A stretch of DNA of 64,000 nucleotides. Source: Eledone cirrhosa. Its lineage: Eukaryota. The stretch is taken from NCBI GenBank assembly GCA_964016885.1, contig OZ024741.1:22940001-23004000 (forward strand), read 5' to 3'. Positions within the stretch are counted from its first letter, which is position 1; every line of letters starts with the position of its first letter. This document shows, piece by piece, positions 52,001 to 64,000 of the stretch. The translations under genes were made by a program, and so were the position numbers. Below the pieces are notes generated by a model. The model did no database searches. It worked only from the letters and a program-made list of their open reading frames with translations, and was not told the origin of the DNA.

Positions 52001-52157
52001 CAGCAATAATTATATAGTCACTGTCGGTTATTTGGGAGGTAGTGAGCATCAGTGTCTCATAGAATCTGTCTTTTATAGCGCCAGGCAATCCGGATTGTGG
52101 CGCGTATGCAGATATTACTGTCACAGTAGTTCTGTTTAGAACAAGTCTTATTTTAAT
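49023..52157 (-). mobile_element. RTE-clade LINE, 5'-truncated and frameshifted (APE endonuclease + RT + PHD-like Zn finger), antisense in GRHPR intron 2
   Basis: ISAYAPQ, GDLNGHVG, QVDYIL and SQHRL (endonuclease); NYRGIKL, FVDLEKAFD, HQGSVLSP and YADD (RT); (GAT)n tail. Split over three ORFs. Confidence 0.96.
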
Positions 52158-52447
52158 GGGTTCTTAAATATAATTGTTGGAAGATATCAATTTAAATAGG
52201 AACCCTTTAAAGTGGGTGGTTTTATTTCATAGAATCAGAGCTAGTTTTGGGCTGGGTTAAATACCGACTTGATCTGTGATGATCCACCTAAATCTTGTTA
52301 GCAGGGAAAATGGATGTTAATGATGATGAAGTGCAATAAATTGACTTTGATCTTTTTGTGTCTGAAGAAAACTAATTCATGCCAATATATTGAGGAGTTG
52401 AAAATTAACCATTATGTTAAATTCTGTTCTTTTTAAATCTTATTTAG

Positions 52448-53043
52448 CTGTATCTGCTGTCAAGACTGGTGAATGGAGTTCTTGGAAACCTATGTGGTTA
52501 TGTGGCTCTGGTTTAGAATATTCAACTGTTGGTATTGTAGGAATGGGTCGAATTGGATCCACTTTACTCCAGATGTTGCATCCTTTTGGTGTCTCTAGAT
52601 TTCTGTATTCTTCCAAACGAGGAGCTCGTGATCTTCCTGTCAAAGCTGAATGTGTGGAGTTTTCTACTCTTTTGAAAGAATCTGATTTTGTTATTGTTTG
52701 TTGTAGCCTAACACCAGAAACAACAGGCTTGTTTAATGCTAAAGCATTTTCTCAAATGAAGAAAACTGCAATCTTCATTAATATTTCCCGTGGTGCAGTG
52801 GTCAATCAGGAAGATTTATTTAATAGTCTGAAAAATAAAACAATTTTTGCTGCTGGATTGGATGTAACAACTCCAGAACCCCTACCAACCAATAGTCCTT
52901 TGTTATCATTAGATAACTGTACTGTTTTACCACATATCGGTAGCGCTACTACCAAAGCAAGATCAATAATGGCAGAGCTTACTGCAAAAAATATTTTGGC
53001 TGCTTTAGAAGGAAAACCTATGCCTGCAGAGATTACATTGTAA
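52448..53043 (+). CDS. GRHPR: GRHPR exon 3 (to stop codon)
   Basis: tttag acceptor; GIVGMGRIG Rossmann motif, INISRG, AAGLDVTTPEP and LPHIGSAT. Spliced CDS is 1101 nt (366 aa; 324 aa from the second ATG). Confidence 0.96.
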
Positions 53044-54831
53044 TGTATATTTGACCATTCCAAGAGATTTTAAAATTCCATTATTTTTATGAAAACAGTT
53101 AATTAAATTTATTACTATTGTGAAAGAACTGGTTATTTGTGTGAGTCGCAATTAAAAAAATTAAAAATTTACTGACTTTTTACTGATTTATTGTAAATTT
53201 CTTCTTTGTCCCTACAACCCTCTCAGGAATAAGTGAGCAGAGTCCTCAAACACTCCTTCCAGCTTGCTCTGGGTCTCCTGCTGGTAGGTTTTGCCCATAA
53301 AATCTGCCCAGCGATTGTTTCCCGAGACATTCTAACCACATGGCCATAGTATTGGAGCTGTGATCTCTCAATTCACAGAAGTAGCAGCTCTACCTGGAGT
53401 GACTCTCTGATCTCCAAGCTATGCTCTATTGTGTAACGTTACTCCAAAGACTCTTCGGAGGAACTACATTTCAGCCGCTTGTATTCAATCGTATTATTTT
53501 GCCCATTATTGTGAATATATTTATTTAAATTAACAGTTTGCTATTGTTTCATATTTTTTTAAATTTCATTAAGGAATTATTAAAGCTGTGTATTTCGTAT
53601 AAAATGTTGGTCATGTTGGAAAGGTAAGAATGTGAGATGGAAGCTGAAATAAACTAAACATAGAATCACATTACTTAATATAACTTCAGATGAAATTATT
53701 GTATTTTCTGTTGGTGGCTTAATAAAACACACCCAGTACACTCTGTAAAGTCGTTGATGACAGGAAGGGCATTCAGCCTTAGAAAACTTGTCAAAGATAA
53801 GATTGTTAGGACTCTTTAGTATCAAAGACATGACAACCCCCCCTGGCTCCAATGCCACAATAAAATGGATCTGGTGCACTCTGTAAAGTGGTTGGTGATA
53901 GGAAGGACATTCAGCCGTAGGAAACTTGCCAAACAAAGCATTGAGAGGACTCTTTGGTTGTGTTAAAGACATGATAACATCTAATGCTTGTGCCATGATA
54001 AATTGTATCTACTACACACTATAGAGTACATAGATGTAGGCCCCTGGCTCATCTAAGAGGTCATTGGGTCCAACTAAGTAGTGACTTGGTTTGTGGTCAT
54101 CTGTCCAACCATTGCTAGCAGTAAAAACTGAAGTTATGAACAACAATGAAGACATATCTAAATTTATGAATTTTATTTTATTTTACCATCTGTAAAAAAT
54201 GATATTTTAATGTCATTTTTTTTTTTTTTTTTCTTTATCAAGACATAATTACAAGCCATATTAAGGCATTTTATTATTAAAACCATTTATGTAAAATGTG
54301 ATGTATACAAAATAAGCTTTTTTTTTCAGTTTTTAAATAAATAATGTAGCTTTCACTCAATTTTAAGATTACATAACAACTTTTAGAATTTTCTATGCCC
54401 AATTTTCCATTAAAACCACTCATTGTGTTAAATTTGTCTTGGTGTATTTGAAGAAACTCAGCAAAATGTTTATATTATGTTAACTTTGTTCCTGTTTTAT
54501 CTGTGCAATAGAAAGATTGTGGGATGAGCTGGATGCTGGGTTATATATTTCATTGATGAAGCTATTCATGATATACTCGGTGGAAATATGATTACAGGAA
54601 TAACTAATTCAATAAAATTGTCTTCCTATTTTGTAATTACAGCTTCTCCAGGGTTTTTACTTCTCTTCCTCCTTCTGATATATTTAGTTTGACAATCACT
54701 TCCTCCAGATGGTTTAGTACTGCAGTTGGACTGTACAGTCTTGAAAATTGCCCTTTGGAATGTTATGATGAACTCAAATGGACTTAACATCAAAGAAAAT
54801 AGTTTTCCTTCAGTAAATCACTTTCTGAGCA

Positions 54832-55270
54832 TCACACAATGGCTGTTTGTGTAGGAGTTAGTTTACCACTCTGAACAGTTGCATATGTTTGGTCTTGGAA
54901 TGAGTCAACATCATCCATAGGATAGTTATAATGATCATCCATTGCAACAGGAGTTTCTATGGGAATTTTGTGTTGCCATGTTGGAGGTGCACTCTGAGCC
55001 ATAGAACGAGTATAAATCCACGGGTTCTGACTACCTTGCATATTATCATGATGGTTGCTATTTGATGGTATATGTACATCATCTTTATGTTTGTTGGCTT
55101 GCCAGCTTTCTTGGACAGCATGGCAATATGGTGGAGGATATTTAGGCACTATTTCAGCGTAGTTGCTGTTAAAGAAGTGTTCCTCAGTTTTTGGTTCTGG
55201 AATATAGTTGTAAGGGGGATGACCTGAGGGATGACCTGGGTGATCCATGTAATTTGGATGGACATGAACC
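54832..55270 (-). CDS. terminal coding exon of a minus-strand gene, probably Par-3-like; ends ...TPTQTAIV*
   Basis: ttattcag acceptor; phase matches the upstream exon; 439 nt open to the stop; C-terminal T-A-I-V resembles a PDZ-binding tail. Confidence 0.75.
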
Positions 55271-55419
55271 CTGAATAAAGGAGAAAATTAATAATGAAAA
55301 GCAAAGAGCATGTATCATCATCATCGTTTCCATTCTTATATATATGCATACACACACAATCATATATATATATACACACACATATACACACATACATACA
55401 TATATGTATGTACGTATAT

Positions 55420-55760
55420 GCTTTGCTTTGGCCCCACTCGGTCACGAATGACCATGGTTTTGCACCTAGAAAGTTTCCCTCTGAGGCACAAGCCTGGGCA
55501 GTTTGTTTTTTATGGAAGACCAGAAGTCGCCCATGCATACCAGTCTCCCCTCTCCACGCCACCAATGTTGTCCAAGGGAAAGGCAATGACCAATACTGCT
55601 TGGCACCAGTGACGTCACAACTCATTTTTACAGTTAAGTAAACTGGAGCAACGTGAAATAAAGAGTCTTGCTGAAGGACACAACGCATCACCCGGTCCAA
55701 TAATCAAACTCGCAACCTCTCAATTACAAGCCCCATGCTCTAACCACTAAGCCATGTGCA
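55420..55760 (-). mobile_element. tRNA-derived SINE, family B; other copies at ~47560-47705(-), 62230-62460 and 63390-63533(-)
   Basis: GCACATGGCTTAGTGGTTAGAGC head and TTTCACGTTGCTCCAGTTTACT core on the minus strand. Confidence 0.8.
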
Positions 55761-56076
55761 CACACACACACACACATATATATACACACATATATAAAAG
55801 ACAGTTTTCCATGGGTATATGTCAAATACGAAAATATTTAAATTTAAGATTTACTTTCAATTTGAAAAATCTATCAGATATAATTTGAATTTTGCTTAAC
55901 TTTGAAAACTTAATATTCACTAAACCATTAAGCATTTAATAACATATCAAAATTCTATTACAACGTTTTTAAAGATTTACTGGTGACAGTCTGAGGAAGA
56001 ATTTTCCGAATATAATAAAGCTATTAATGATATAAGTTTTTTAAATTGTTCACACACACACACACACACACATACA

Positions 56077-56406
56077 TTCAAAATAGGAAGTGCACAATAC
56101 AAAGACAATGGAAAAAATAACAAAGTTGGACAGTCCCATCTCTTCAGTCAACCTCTGGAAATCACTATGGTTTCAATACATTAAGGTCGATACCATTCAT
56201 TCCATAATAAGGACTGTAGTCCAACATGTTGACAAAGGACACTGAGGTATAGAAAAGATAAGAAGGGAAAATAATTATGTTCCTGTATGCACTGGAATTA
56301 AAGGTATCGACCTTAATTTACCAAAACTAATGATTTCCAGAGTTTGACTGAGGAGATGAGGCACCATCTTTCTGTTGTCTTTGTCCTGTGTGCTCCCTAG
56401 TTTGAA
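56077..56406. repeat. diverged foldback (~120-bp arms, ~90-bp spacer)
   Basis: CATCTCTTCAGTCAA..TTAAGGTCGATACC versus GGTATCGACCTTAA..TTGACTGAGGAGATG. Confidence 0.75.
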
Positions 56407-56542
56407 CATATATATATATTCCACACGTGGACATTCAAATTTGTTGGATTCCTACATTAGATTTTTACCCGGGTTCTACCTGAACTTCCATTTGGATATA
56501 GATATATTTCCAGATCACTGGATTTTCTGATAGCCTTTTACT

Positions 56543-57499
56543 ATCATCATCATCATCGTTTAACGTCCATCTTCCACGCTTGCATGGGTTTGGATGGGAG
56601 TTTTCCCACTTGAGGCAAGATTGGTTGTCTTGCTCGTATAGGACTGTCTGGCAGGTTTTCTATGGCTGGATGCCCTTCCTAACACCAACCACGTTTAAAG
56701 TGTGGACTGAGAGGTTTTTACCGTGTTACCTACACGGCCACATTACAGCGTGGACTGTTTTTTTTTTGTCGTGATACCTACACGACCTCATTTGTTTCGG
56801 ACTGGATGTTGTGGTACCAACATAACTTCACATTGAAGGGGGTGGGGGTAGTGGGACGGGGGTGTATTTTTGTTAGAGGTGCCTACTGACTGTAGGTTTC
56901 GCTTTGTACTTAGGCAAGGCGGGGTCTTCTGTATTACTGTGTAGCGCCAAAGATCTCGGTCCAGTGACATTGTCTTGGAGAGGTGTAAGTGTGGAATTTA
57001 TCAAGTCATCCCAGGTTTTTCTGGGTCTGCCTACTCTGTGGCTACCGTCTATTTTTATTGCCCTGCACTTTTTTATACAGTCTTTCATGCGCATCACGTG
57101 ACCATACCAACGTAGTCTTCTCTCGAGTAAACAACATCTGATCCCTCTTATTCCTAATTTCTCCCTTAGTTCGTTTATGCTTTTCCGTTCACGTATATTA
57201 CTATTACACATCCAGCGGAGCATGCAAGCTTTGTTCCTCTCCAGTCTGCGTATATCCTCTGCACACAATGCCCAAGTCTCACTGCCATGTAACATTGCTG
57301 TTCGTATGCAGGCATCATACAGCCTGCCTTTCATTTTTAGAGAGAACCCTTTAGCGGCCAATAGTGGTATAAGCTCTCTGAACTTTTTCCATCCAGTTCT
57401 GACTCTAGCTACTGTACTTTCGGAGCACCCTCCCCCACTGCTGATTTTGTCACCCAGGTAACGGAAGGTGTCCACTATTTCTATAGAACCATCTGTGCA
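56543..57499 (-). mobile_element. second, shorter 5'-truncated copy of the same RTE LINE
   Basis: ORF 56873..57589 is nearly identical to the C-terminus of ORF 49500..51062; same 3' UTR and (GAT)n tail. Confidence 0.95.
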
Positions 57500-57531
57500 A
57501 TGGAAATATATATATATACACACACATATAC

Positions 57532-57568
<37 letters not shown>

Positions 57569-57757
57569 TATATATATACACACACACACATATATAATAC
57601 TATATTAACATATATGGTGTGCCATATAAGAAAACTTTATCAAAAACTATTTCACAATAAAGCAATAATGGTGATAAGAAGGAAACTAATAAATGGTGAA
57701 GTGGAGTGAATTCATGCAAAGTTGTATGTTTGAACTATGTTGCAGTGACTAGTGGCT

Positions 57758-60151
57758 TCTAGCTGTGTAGAGGGCTACTAGTGTAGATGGCTACTAGTGT
57801 AGAGGGCTACTAGTATAGAGGGCTACTAGCTGTGTAGAGGGCTACTAGTGTAGAGGGCTACTAGTATAGAGGGCTACTAGCTGTGTAGAGGGCTACTAGC
57901 TGTGTAGAGGGCTACTAGTGTAGAGGGCTACTAGTGTAGATGGCTACTAGTGTAGAGGGCTACTAGCTGTGTAGAGGGCTACTAGTGTAGATGGCTACTA
58001 GTATAGAGGGCTACTAGCTGTGTAGAGGGCTACTAGTATAGAGGGCTACTAGTATAGAGGGCTACTAGTATAGAGGGCTACTAGTGTAGATGGCTACTAG
58101 CTGTGTAGATGGCTACTAGTATAGAGGGCTACTAGTATAGAGGGCTACTAGTGTAGATGGCTACTAGCTGTGTAGATGGCTACTAGTATAGAGGGCTACT
58201 AGTATAGAGGGCTACTAGCTGTGTAGAGGGCTACTAGTATAGAGGGCTACTAGCTGTGTAGATGGCTACTAGTATAGAGGGCTACTAGCTGTGTAGATGG
58301 CTACTAGTATAGAGGGCTACTAGCTGTGTAGAGGGCTACTAGTATAGAGGGCTACTAGTATAGAGGGCTACTAGTATAGAGGGCTACTAGTATAGAGGGC
58401 TACTAGCTGTGTAGAGGGCTACTAGCTGTGTAGAGGGCTACTAGCTGTGTAGACAGCTACTAGCTGTGTAGACAGCTACTAGCTGTGTAGACGGCTACTA
58501 GCTGTGTAGACGGCTACTAGCTGTGTAGACGGCTACTAGCTGTGTAGAGGGCTACTAGCTGTGTAGACGGCTACTAGCTGTGTAGACAGCTACTAGCTGT
58601 GTAGATGGCTACTAGCTGTGTAGACGGCTACTAGCTGTATAGAGGGCTACTAGCTGTGTAGACGGCTACTAGCTGTGTAGACGGCTACTAGCTGTATAGA
58701 GGGCTACTAGCTGTGTAGAGGGCTACTAGCTGTATAGAGGGCTACTAGCTGTGTAGACGGCTACTAGCTGTGTAGACGGCTACTAGCTGTGTAGACGGCT
58801 ACTAGCTGTGTAGACGGCTACTAGCTGTATAGAGGGCTACTAGCTGTGTAGAGGGCTACTAGCTGTGTAGATGGCTACTAGCTGTATAGAGGGCTACTAG
58901 CTGTGTAGACGGCTACTAGCTGTGTAGAGGGCTACTAGCTGTATAGAGGGCTACTAGCTGTATAGAGGGCTACTAGCTGTGTAGAGGGCTACTAGCTGTG
59001 TAGATGGCTACTAGCTGTGTAGACGGCTACTAGCTGTGTAGACGGCTACTAGCTGTGTAGACGGCTACTAGCTGTGTAGACGGCTACTAGCTGTGTAGAG
59101 GGCTACTAGCTGTGTAGACGGCTACTAGCTGTGTAGACAGCTACTAGCTGTGTAGATGGCTACTAGTTGTGGAGATGACTACTAGCTGTGTAGAGGGCTA
59201 CTAGCTGTGTAGACTACTAGCTGTGTAGAGGGCTACTAGCTGTGTAGACGACTACTAGCTGTGTAGATGGCTACTAGCTGTGTAGACGACTACTAGCTGT
59301 GTAGAGGGCTACTAGCTGTGTAGACGACTACTAGCTGTGTAGAGGGCTACTAGCTGTGTAGACGACTACTAGCTGTGTAGAGGGCTACTAGCTGTGTAGA
59401 CGACTACTAGCTGTGTAGACGGCTACTAGCTGTGTAGAGGGCTACTAGCTGTGTAGATGGCTACTAGCTGTGTAGACAGCTACTAGCTGTGTAGACGGCT
59501 ACTAGCTGTGTAGACGGCTACTAGCTGTATAGAGGGCTACTAGCTGTGTAGACAGCTACTAGCTGTGTAGATGGCTACTAGCTGTGTAGACGGCTACTAG
59601 CTGTGTAGACGGCTACTAGCTGTGTAGAGGGCTACTAGCTGTGTAGACGGCTACTAGCTGTGTAGATGGCTACTAGTTGTGGAGATGACTACTAGCTGTG
59701 TAGAGGGCTACTAGCTGTGTAGACTACTAGCTGTGTAGAGGGCTACTAGCTGTGTAGACGACTACTAGCTGTGTAGATGGCTACTAGCTGTGTAGAGGGC
59801 TACTAGCTGTGGAGATGACTACTAGTTGTGTAGACGACTACTAGCTGTGTAGACGACTACTAGCTGTGTAGACTACTACTAGCTGTGTAGATGGCTACTA
59901 GCTGTGGAGATGACTACTAGTTGTGTAGACGACTACTAGTTGTGGAGATGACTACTAGCTGTGTAGATGGCTACTAGCTGTGTAGATGGCTACTAGTTGT
60001 GGAGATGACTACTAGTTGTGTAGACGACTACTAGTGTAGACGGCTACTAGCTGTGTAGATGGCTACTAGTTGTGGAGATGACTACTAGTTGTGTAGACGA
60101 CTACTAGTGTAGACGACTAGTAGTGTAGATAACTACTAGTTGTGTAGACGA
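57758..60151. repeat. 16/19-bp minisatellite (GGCTACTAGTATAGAG / GGCTACTAGCTGTGTAGAG), intronic
   Basis: Read directly. 16-bp units are common at the left and 19-bp units at the centre and right. Confidence 0.98.
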
Positions 60152-60305
60152 CATTTGACACAAGTGCAGTTCTTGGTAACCAAGTGTGCTTCTAGTGCTG
60201 ACATAGATAACACAGAAAACTGCAGTATGGACTGTACCTTCCTTTAACTTCTGGTCTCTTACTCATAAATGGGGTCCTATCCAGGAATTGGAGAAAAGTG
60301 CATAC

Positions 60306-60412
60306 CTTTCATGTTGAACAGTTCGAACCCCAGGTTGACGATTCTTATTCACAATAGCATATTCTACCTCATAAGATAGTTGGTTGGGATTGGAACCATA
60401 ATTGTCGAACCT
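60306..60412 (-). CDS. internal exon of the Par-3-like gene (RFDNYGSNPNQLSYEVEYAIVNKNRQPGVRTVQHE-R)
   Basis: ttacag acceptor and gtatgc donor; phase 0 to 2 links the flanking exons exactly. Confidence 0.75.
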
Positions 60413-60571
60413 CTGTAATGATTAAAAACAGTCAAAAATATTTTTTAAAACAATGCTTTGTTTGGAGGTGAAATTATCTTTACCAGTCTACTATTTTGGA
60501 GAATGTTAGATAAATAGACAGGTAGATAGACAGCTACATAGGTAGGTAGATAGGTATATAGATAGATAGAT

Positions 60572-61050
60572 ATATTTCTTTATTTGCCACAAGGGCGCAC
60601 AAGAAAAGGGGACAATACAAAGACATGCCGGGGATTTTACATACAATCGTGTAAAAATATTGAAACAAACCATTATAACAATCGAAATCCCCAATAGGGG
60701 GGAGGCGCCACAAATGGGTTGTTTAATACCCCGTCGATAGAACAACCCTCAACTCCAGGAGCATGTTGTGCAAGTGCTCCTTTCTTCCTTTTGCTCTCTT
60801 CTTCATCCTACAGGCTTATAAACAGAGAAGGCCCAATCACTCGGGCCATTTTCGCTTCATTCACCCACCTTTCAGTAAATTTACTGGGGTGCAGTGCCTC
60901 TCTCTTCTCCACCCTGATTCTCCTTCTAAAGTGATACTTAAAGAAGGGAATCAATTGTTGTTCGGAGAGAAAGGCATCTGTCCTCAGTCCTCTCAACCTC
61001 GTCCACCATATAACTTCTTTCACCATAGCCACCGTACAGAGGAAAACCGC
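60572..61050 (-). mobile_element. L1/Tx1-like LINE 3' fragment inserted in a (AGAT/AGAC/AGGT)n tetranucleotide array (60507-60570 and 61050-61325)
   Basis: AMVKEVIWWTRLRG...FKYHFRRRIRVE..FTERW resembles a Tx1-type ORF2 end; AATAAA near the terminus. Confidence 0.55.
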
Positions 61051-61422
61051 AGGTAGATAGACAGCTAGACAGTTAGACAGGTAGACAGACAGCTAGGCAG
61101 GTAGATAGACAGCTAGGCAGGTAGATAGACAGCTAGACAGACAGGTAGATAGACAGCTAGACAGGTAGACAGACAGCTAGGCAGGTAGACAGACAGCTAG
61201 GCAGGTAGATAGACAGGTAGATAGACAGCTAGACAGGTAGATAGACAGCTAGACAAGTAGATAGACAGACAGCTAGATAGACAACTAGACAGGTAGACAG
61301 GAGGATAAGCAGGTAGATAGACAGTGACATAGGTACCTAGACAAATATGAAAGGCTTTAAGAACAGTATGACCTCAGTCTGACAACTAAAATCAGTAAAA
61401 TAATATATAAACATATACATAC

Positions 61423-61666
61423 TCTCCTCTCTGTGTTTTGCAACTGTTTTTCATACATTTCTTCCTTTTCTTCATGAGGATAACGTCCCTGCCGTTCTTG
61501 GTGTTTCCGTTGATGGTCTTCTCTCAGCTGCTGAATCTTATTGCGATTATTACCCATGCCATTAGGTGAAAAGTTGTCCATAGGATGGTAATTTTGGGGA
61601 TACACCGCTTGTTTATGTGGTTGTGATTTTACATGAGGGTGTGGCGAACGTGGGTTCTCAGGATAT
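61423..61666 (-). CDS. internal exon of the Par-3-like gene (YPENPRSPHP...KIQQLREDHQRKHQERQGRYPHEEKEEMYEKQLQNTERR)
   Basis: catag acceptor and gtatgt donor; 244 nt. The coiled-coil motif recalls the invertebrate Par-3 C-terminal region (from memory, not searched). Confidence 0.78.
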
Positions 61667-63688
61667 CTATGAATGTGTAACATAATATTTTATTTAAATT
61701 AATTATCAAAAGATTAACAATTTGTAGTAAAAGTAATCAGAAAAAAAGGCAAAGTTAGAAGACATCTTTTCTTCTCTCCCTCCTCACACTTATTCCTGGG
61801 AGGGTTGTAGGGGCAGAGTCCTTAAACACTCCCCCAGCGGGTCCTGTTAGAAGCAACTGTCTCAATTAATCCGACTGGATCCACCAAGCGAAACCAGCCA
61901 ATCTCATGGATGTTATCCAACCATCTTACTTGGGGTCTACCCCCGGGTTTCCTGCCGGTTAGTTTTGCCTGTAAAAATCTATCCAGCAATTCTTTCCTGA
62001 GATATTGTAACCACATGTCTGTGATATCAGAGATGTGATCTCGCAATTCGGAGATTTGTCTCATATACTTCAAAGTATAGAAATTAGGGTTTAAAATGCT
62101 TCTTAACTAGAATTTCTGTTATTTTAAAGGCTTCTGAAATAATGAAAAAGTCACAATATTTTGCACATTTTTACACTGTAACTCTTTCCAAGGTTGTTTA
62201 TGGCAGACTAGTAGTCACTTGTACATATCAGCCTCCCCTCTCCACACCACCAATGTTGTCCAAGGGAAAGGCAATGGCTGACACAACTTGGAACCAGTAA
62301 CATCACAACTCATTTCATTTCTACAGCTAAGTAGGTGCATGGTTTAGTGGTTAGAATGTTGGGCTTGCAATTGCGAAATTGTGAGTTTGATTCTTGGACA
62401 AGGTGATATGTTGTGTTCTTGAGTAAGACACTTCATTTCACATTGTTCCAGTTTACTCAAGGAAATAGTAATTGTAATAATTTCCTAATTCAAACCTGTA
62501 AATATTATGGTTTATAACAAGTATGATAAAGATTTGCATATCTACCTGTGATTTCAATAATTTGTTCATCTAAAGGCAAAAAGTCAATTGAAAATAGTTG
62601 ACATTTTGATATAATAATAATAATGAAATATTGTTTACAGTGCTCAGGTGCACTACAACTCATCAAAAAGTGTATGTATAGTACATAGGGTAATGTACAA
62701 ACGTCAGGAAAATGAACAGTGCATGAGTCATGATATAAACATGTGTGCATGTGTATGGAAGGGGTACATCAGGTGTAATTTTGGCGAATTTCAGGAAGCA
62801 TGAGGGTTTTAAAGTTATATGAAGTATACCATAATATTAGGAATTGCCAACTATCTGTTCTTTGAAACGCTCGAGTAATCGTCCTCCCCTGCTTATTCAT
62901 TTTTCAGATTTTCCTCTATCCCCAACTCTTATTAAAGTTTGCTAATCTATCTCTGGCGAGATTCAGCATGCAGGAGTTTTAACAAAACAGCAATTTAACC
63001 TAATAACAAATGTTTTGATAATCCAAAACAGAGAAAGTAGGCTTTGTTAACATCAATTTTTGTACATGTTATTAAGATCATTTCTATATATATCAAGTGT
63101 GCTTTTCAAACCCTTTTAATAAAATCATTTTCCTTATATAATGTGATCTGTATAGAATGTCCACACTTTTTTCACTATATATATATATATATATATATCA
63201 ACATTTCATTTCATTTTACGTCCGCTTTTTCCCTGCTTGCAAGGGTGGGACGGGAACTGATTCTGGTTTGATTTCTACAGCTGGATGCCCTTCCTAACAC
63301 CAACCTCATTTACAGTGAGTGCTGGGTGCTTTTTTGCCGTGGCACCTCCACGACCACTTTGCAATGGAATGATATGGACCCCAGACCCTATCATCTCATT
63401 TCTACAGCTGAGTAAACTGGAGCAATGTGAAATGAAGTGTCTTGCTCAAGGAAACAACACATCACCCGGTCTGAGAATTGAACTCACAACCTTTCGATTG
63501 CAAGGTCAATGCTCTAACCACTAAGCCATGTGCATATATATATATATATATATATAGTAATAATAATAAATGCGAAGACTAAAATCCAAAGAGGGCTTGA
63601 TAAGGATATATAAGATCCCATTAAGGGTGAAAGCAGCGATTCTTTGCTTAAACTTTAATCTGTTATTTTAATAAATATATATATATAT

Positions 63689-63719
<31 letters not shown>

Positions 63720-63785
63720 ATTGATCAAGGTTAGAAGATGGTCAATATAGATTTGATCCCACTAGCCAAAACAAAATGGGTTTAC

Positions 63786-63926
63786 TTATTCTGATCTCCT
63801 CCTCGGGGGTTTTTCCAATTTCTGTCCATTTCTAATATTTCAGGTGGAGGTTTTTCATGTTTCTGTTTGCTTCCATTTTCATTAGAGTGATCCTTACTTT
63901 TATCTTCTTTATTTCCTTTATTAAAC
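63786..63926 (-). CDS. internal exon of the Par-3-like gene ((R)FNKGNKEDKSKDHSNENGSKQKHEKPPPEILEMDRNWKNPRGGDQN-K); the gene continues beyond the right edge
   Basis: ttttaccag acceptor and gtaaa donor; phase 2-2; 141 nt; RFNKGNKEDK resembles PARD3 RFGKHRKDDK. Confidence 0.72.
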
Positions 63927-64000
63927 CTGGTAAAATAAATCACAGAAACTCATCATTTTCACGAGATATATTAGAGATAACAGATACTTTCAATGGAAAA

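Overview
This window is AT-rich, repeat-dense animal DNA, most likely from a coleoid cephalopod (Octopus-type SINE/RTE repeats; this is an inference). Three spliced protein-coding genes were rebuilt by hand from GT-AG boundaries with consistent phases. (1) Gamma-tubulin, minus strand: exons 1-7 lie between 24735 and 12347, and the gene continues past the left edge through an intron filled by a >11.8 kb 45-bp satellite. (2) A complete 3-exon GRHPR-like D-2-hydroxyacid dehydrogenase, plus strand, 42639-53043, with a possible mitochondrial presequence. (3) The last four coding exons of a probable Par-3-like gene, minus strand, 63926-54832. The long ORFs in the supplied track at 1-11.9 kb and 17.1-19.6 kb are tandem-repeat artefacts. 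Transposon remnants include RTE LINEs, Penelope-like elements (PLEs), a CRE-like element with a restriction-like endonuclease, a Helitron end, piggyBac-type MITEs, a Tx1-like fragment and tRNA-derived SINEs. The most notable hidden signal is a set of minimal type-I hammerhead ribozymes. Three copies with an intact core sit in a ~684-bp tandem-plus-inverted repeat block at 30.2-32.0 kb, which resembles a retrozyme or PLE pseudo-LTR array. Further unrelated hammerheads lie at 23.8, 27.5, 38.6 and 39.0 kb. The giant intronic satellite appears to be amplified from the 3' tail of an RTE LINE/SINE. Repeat boundaries are approximate; exon and ribozyme coordinates were counted by hand.
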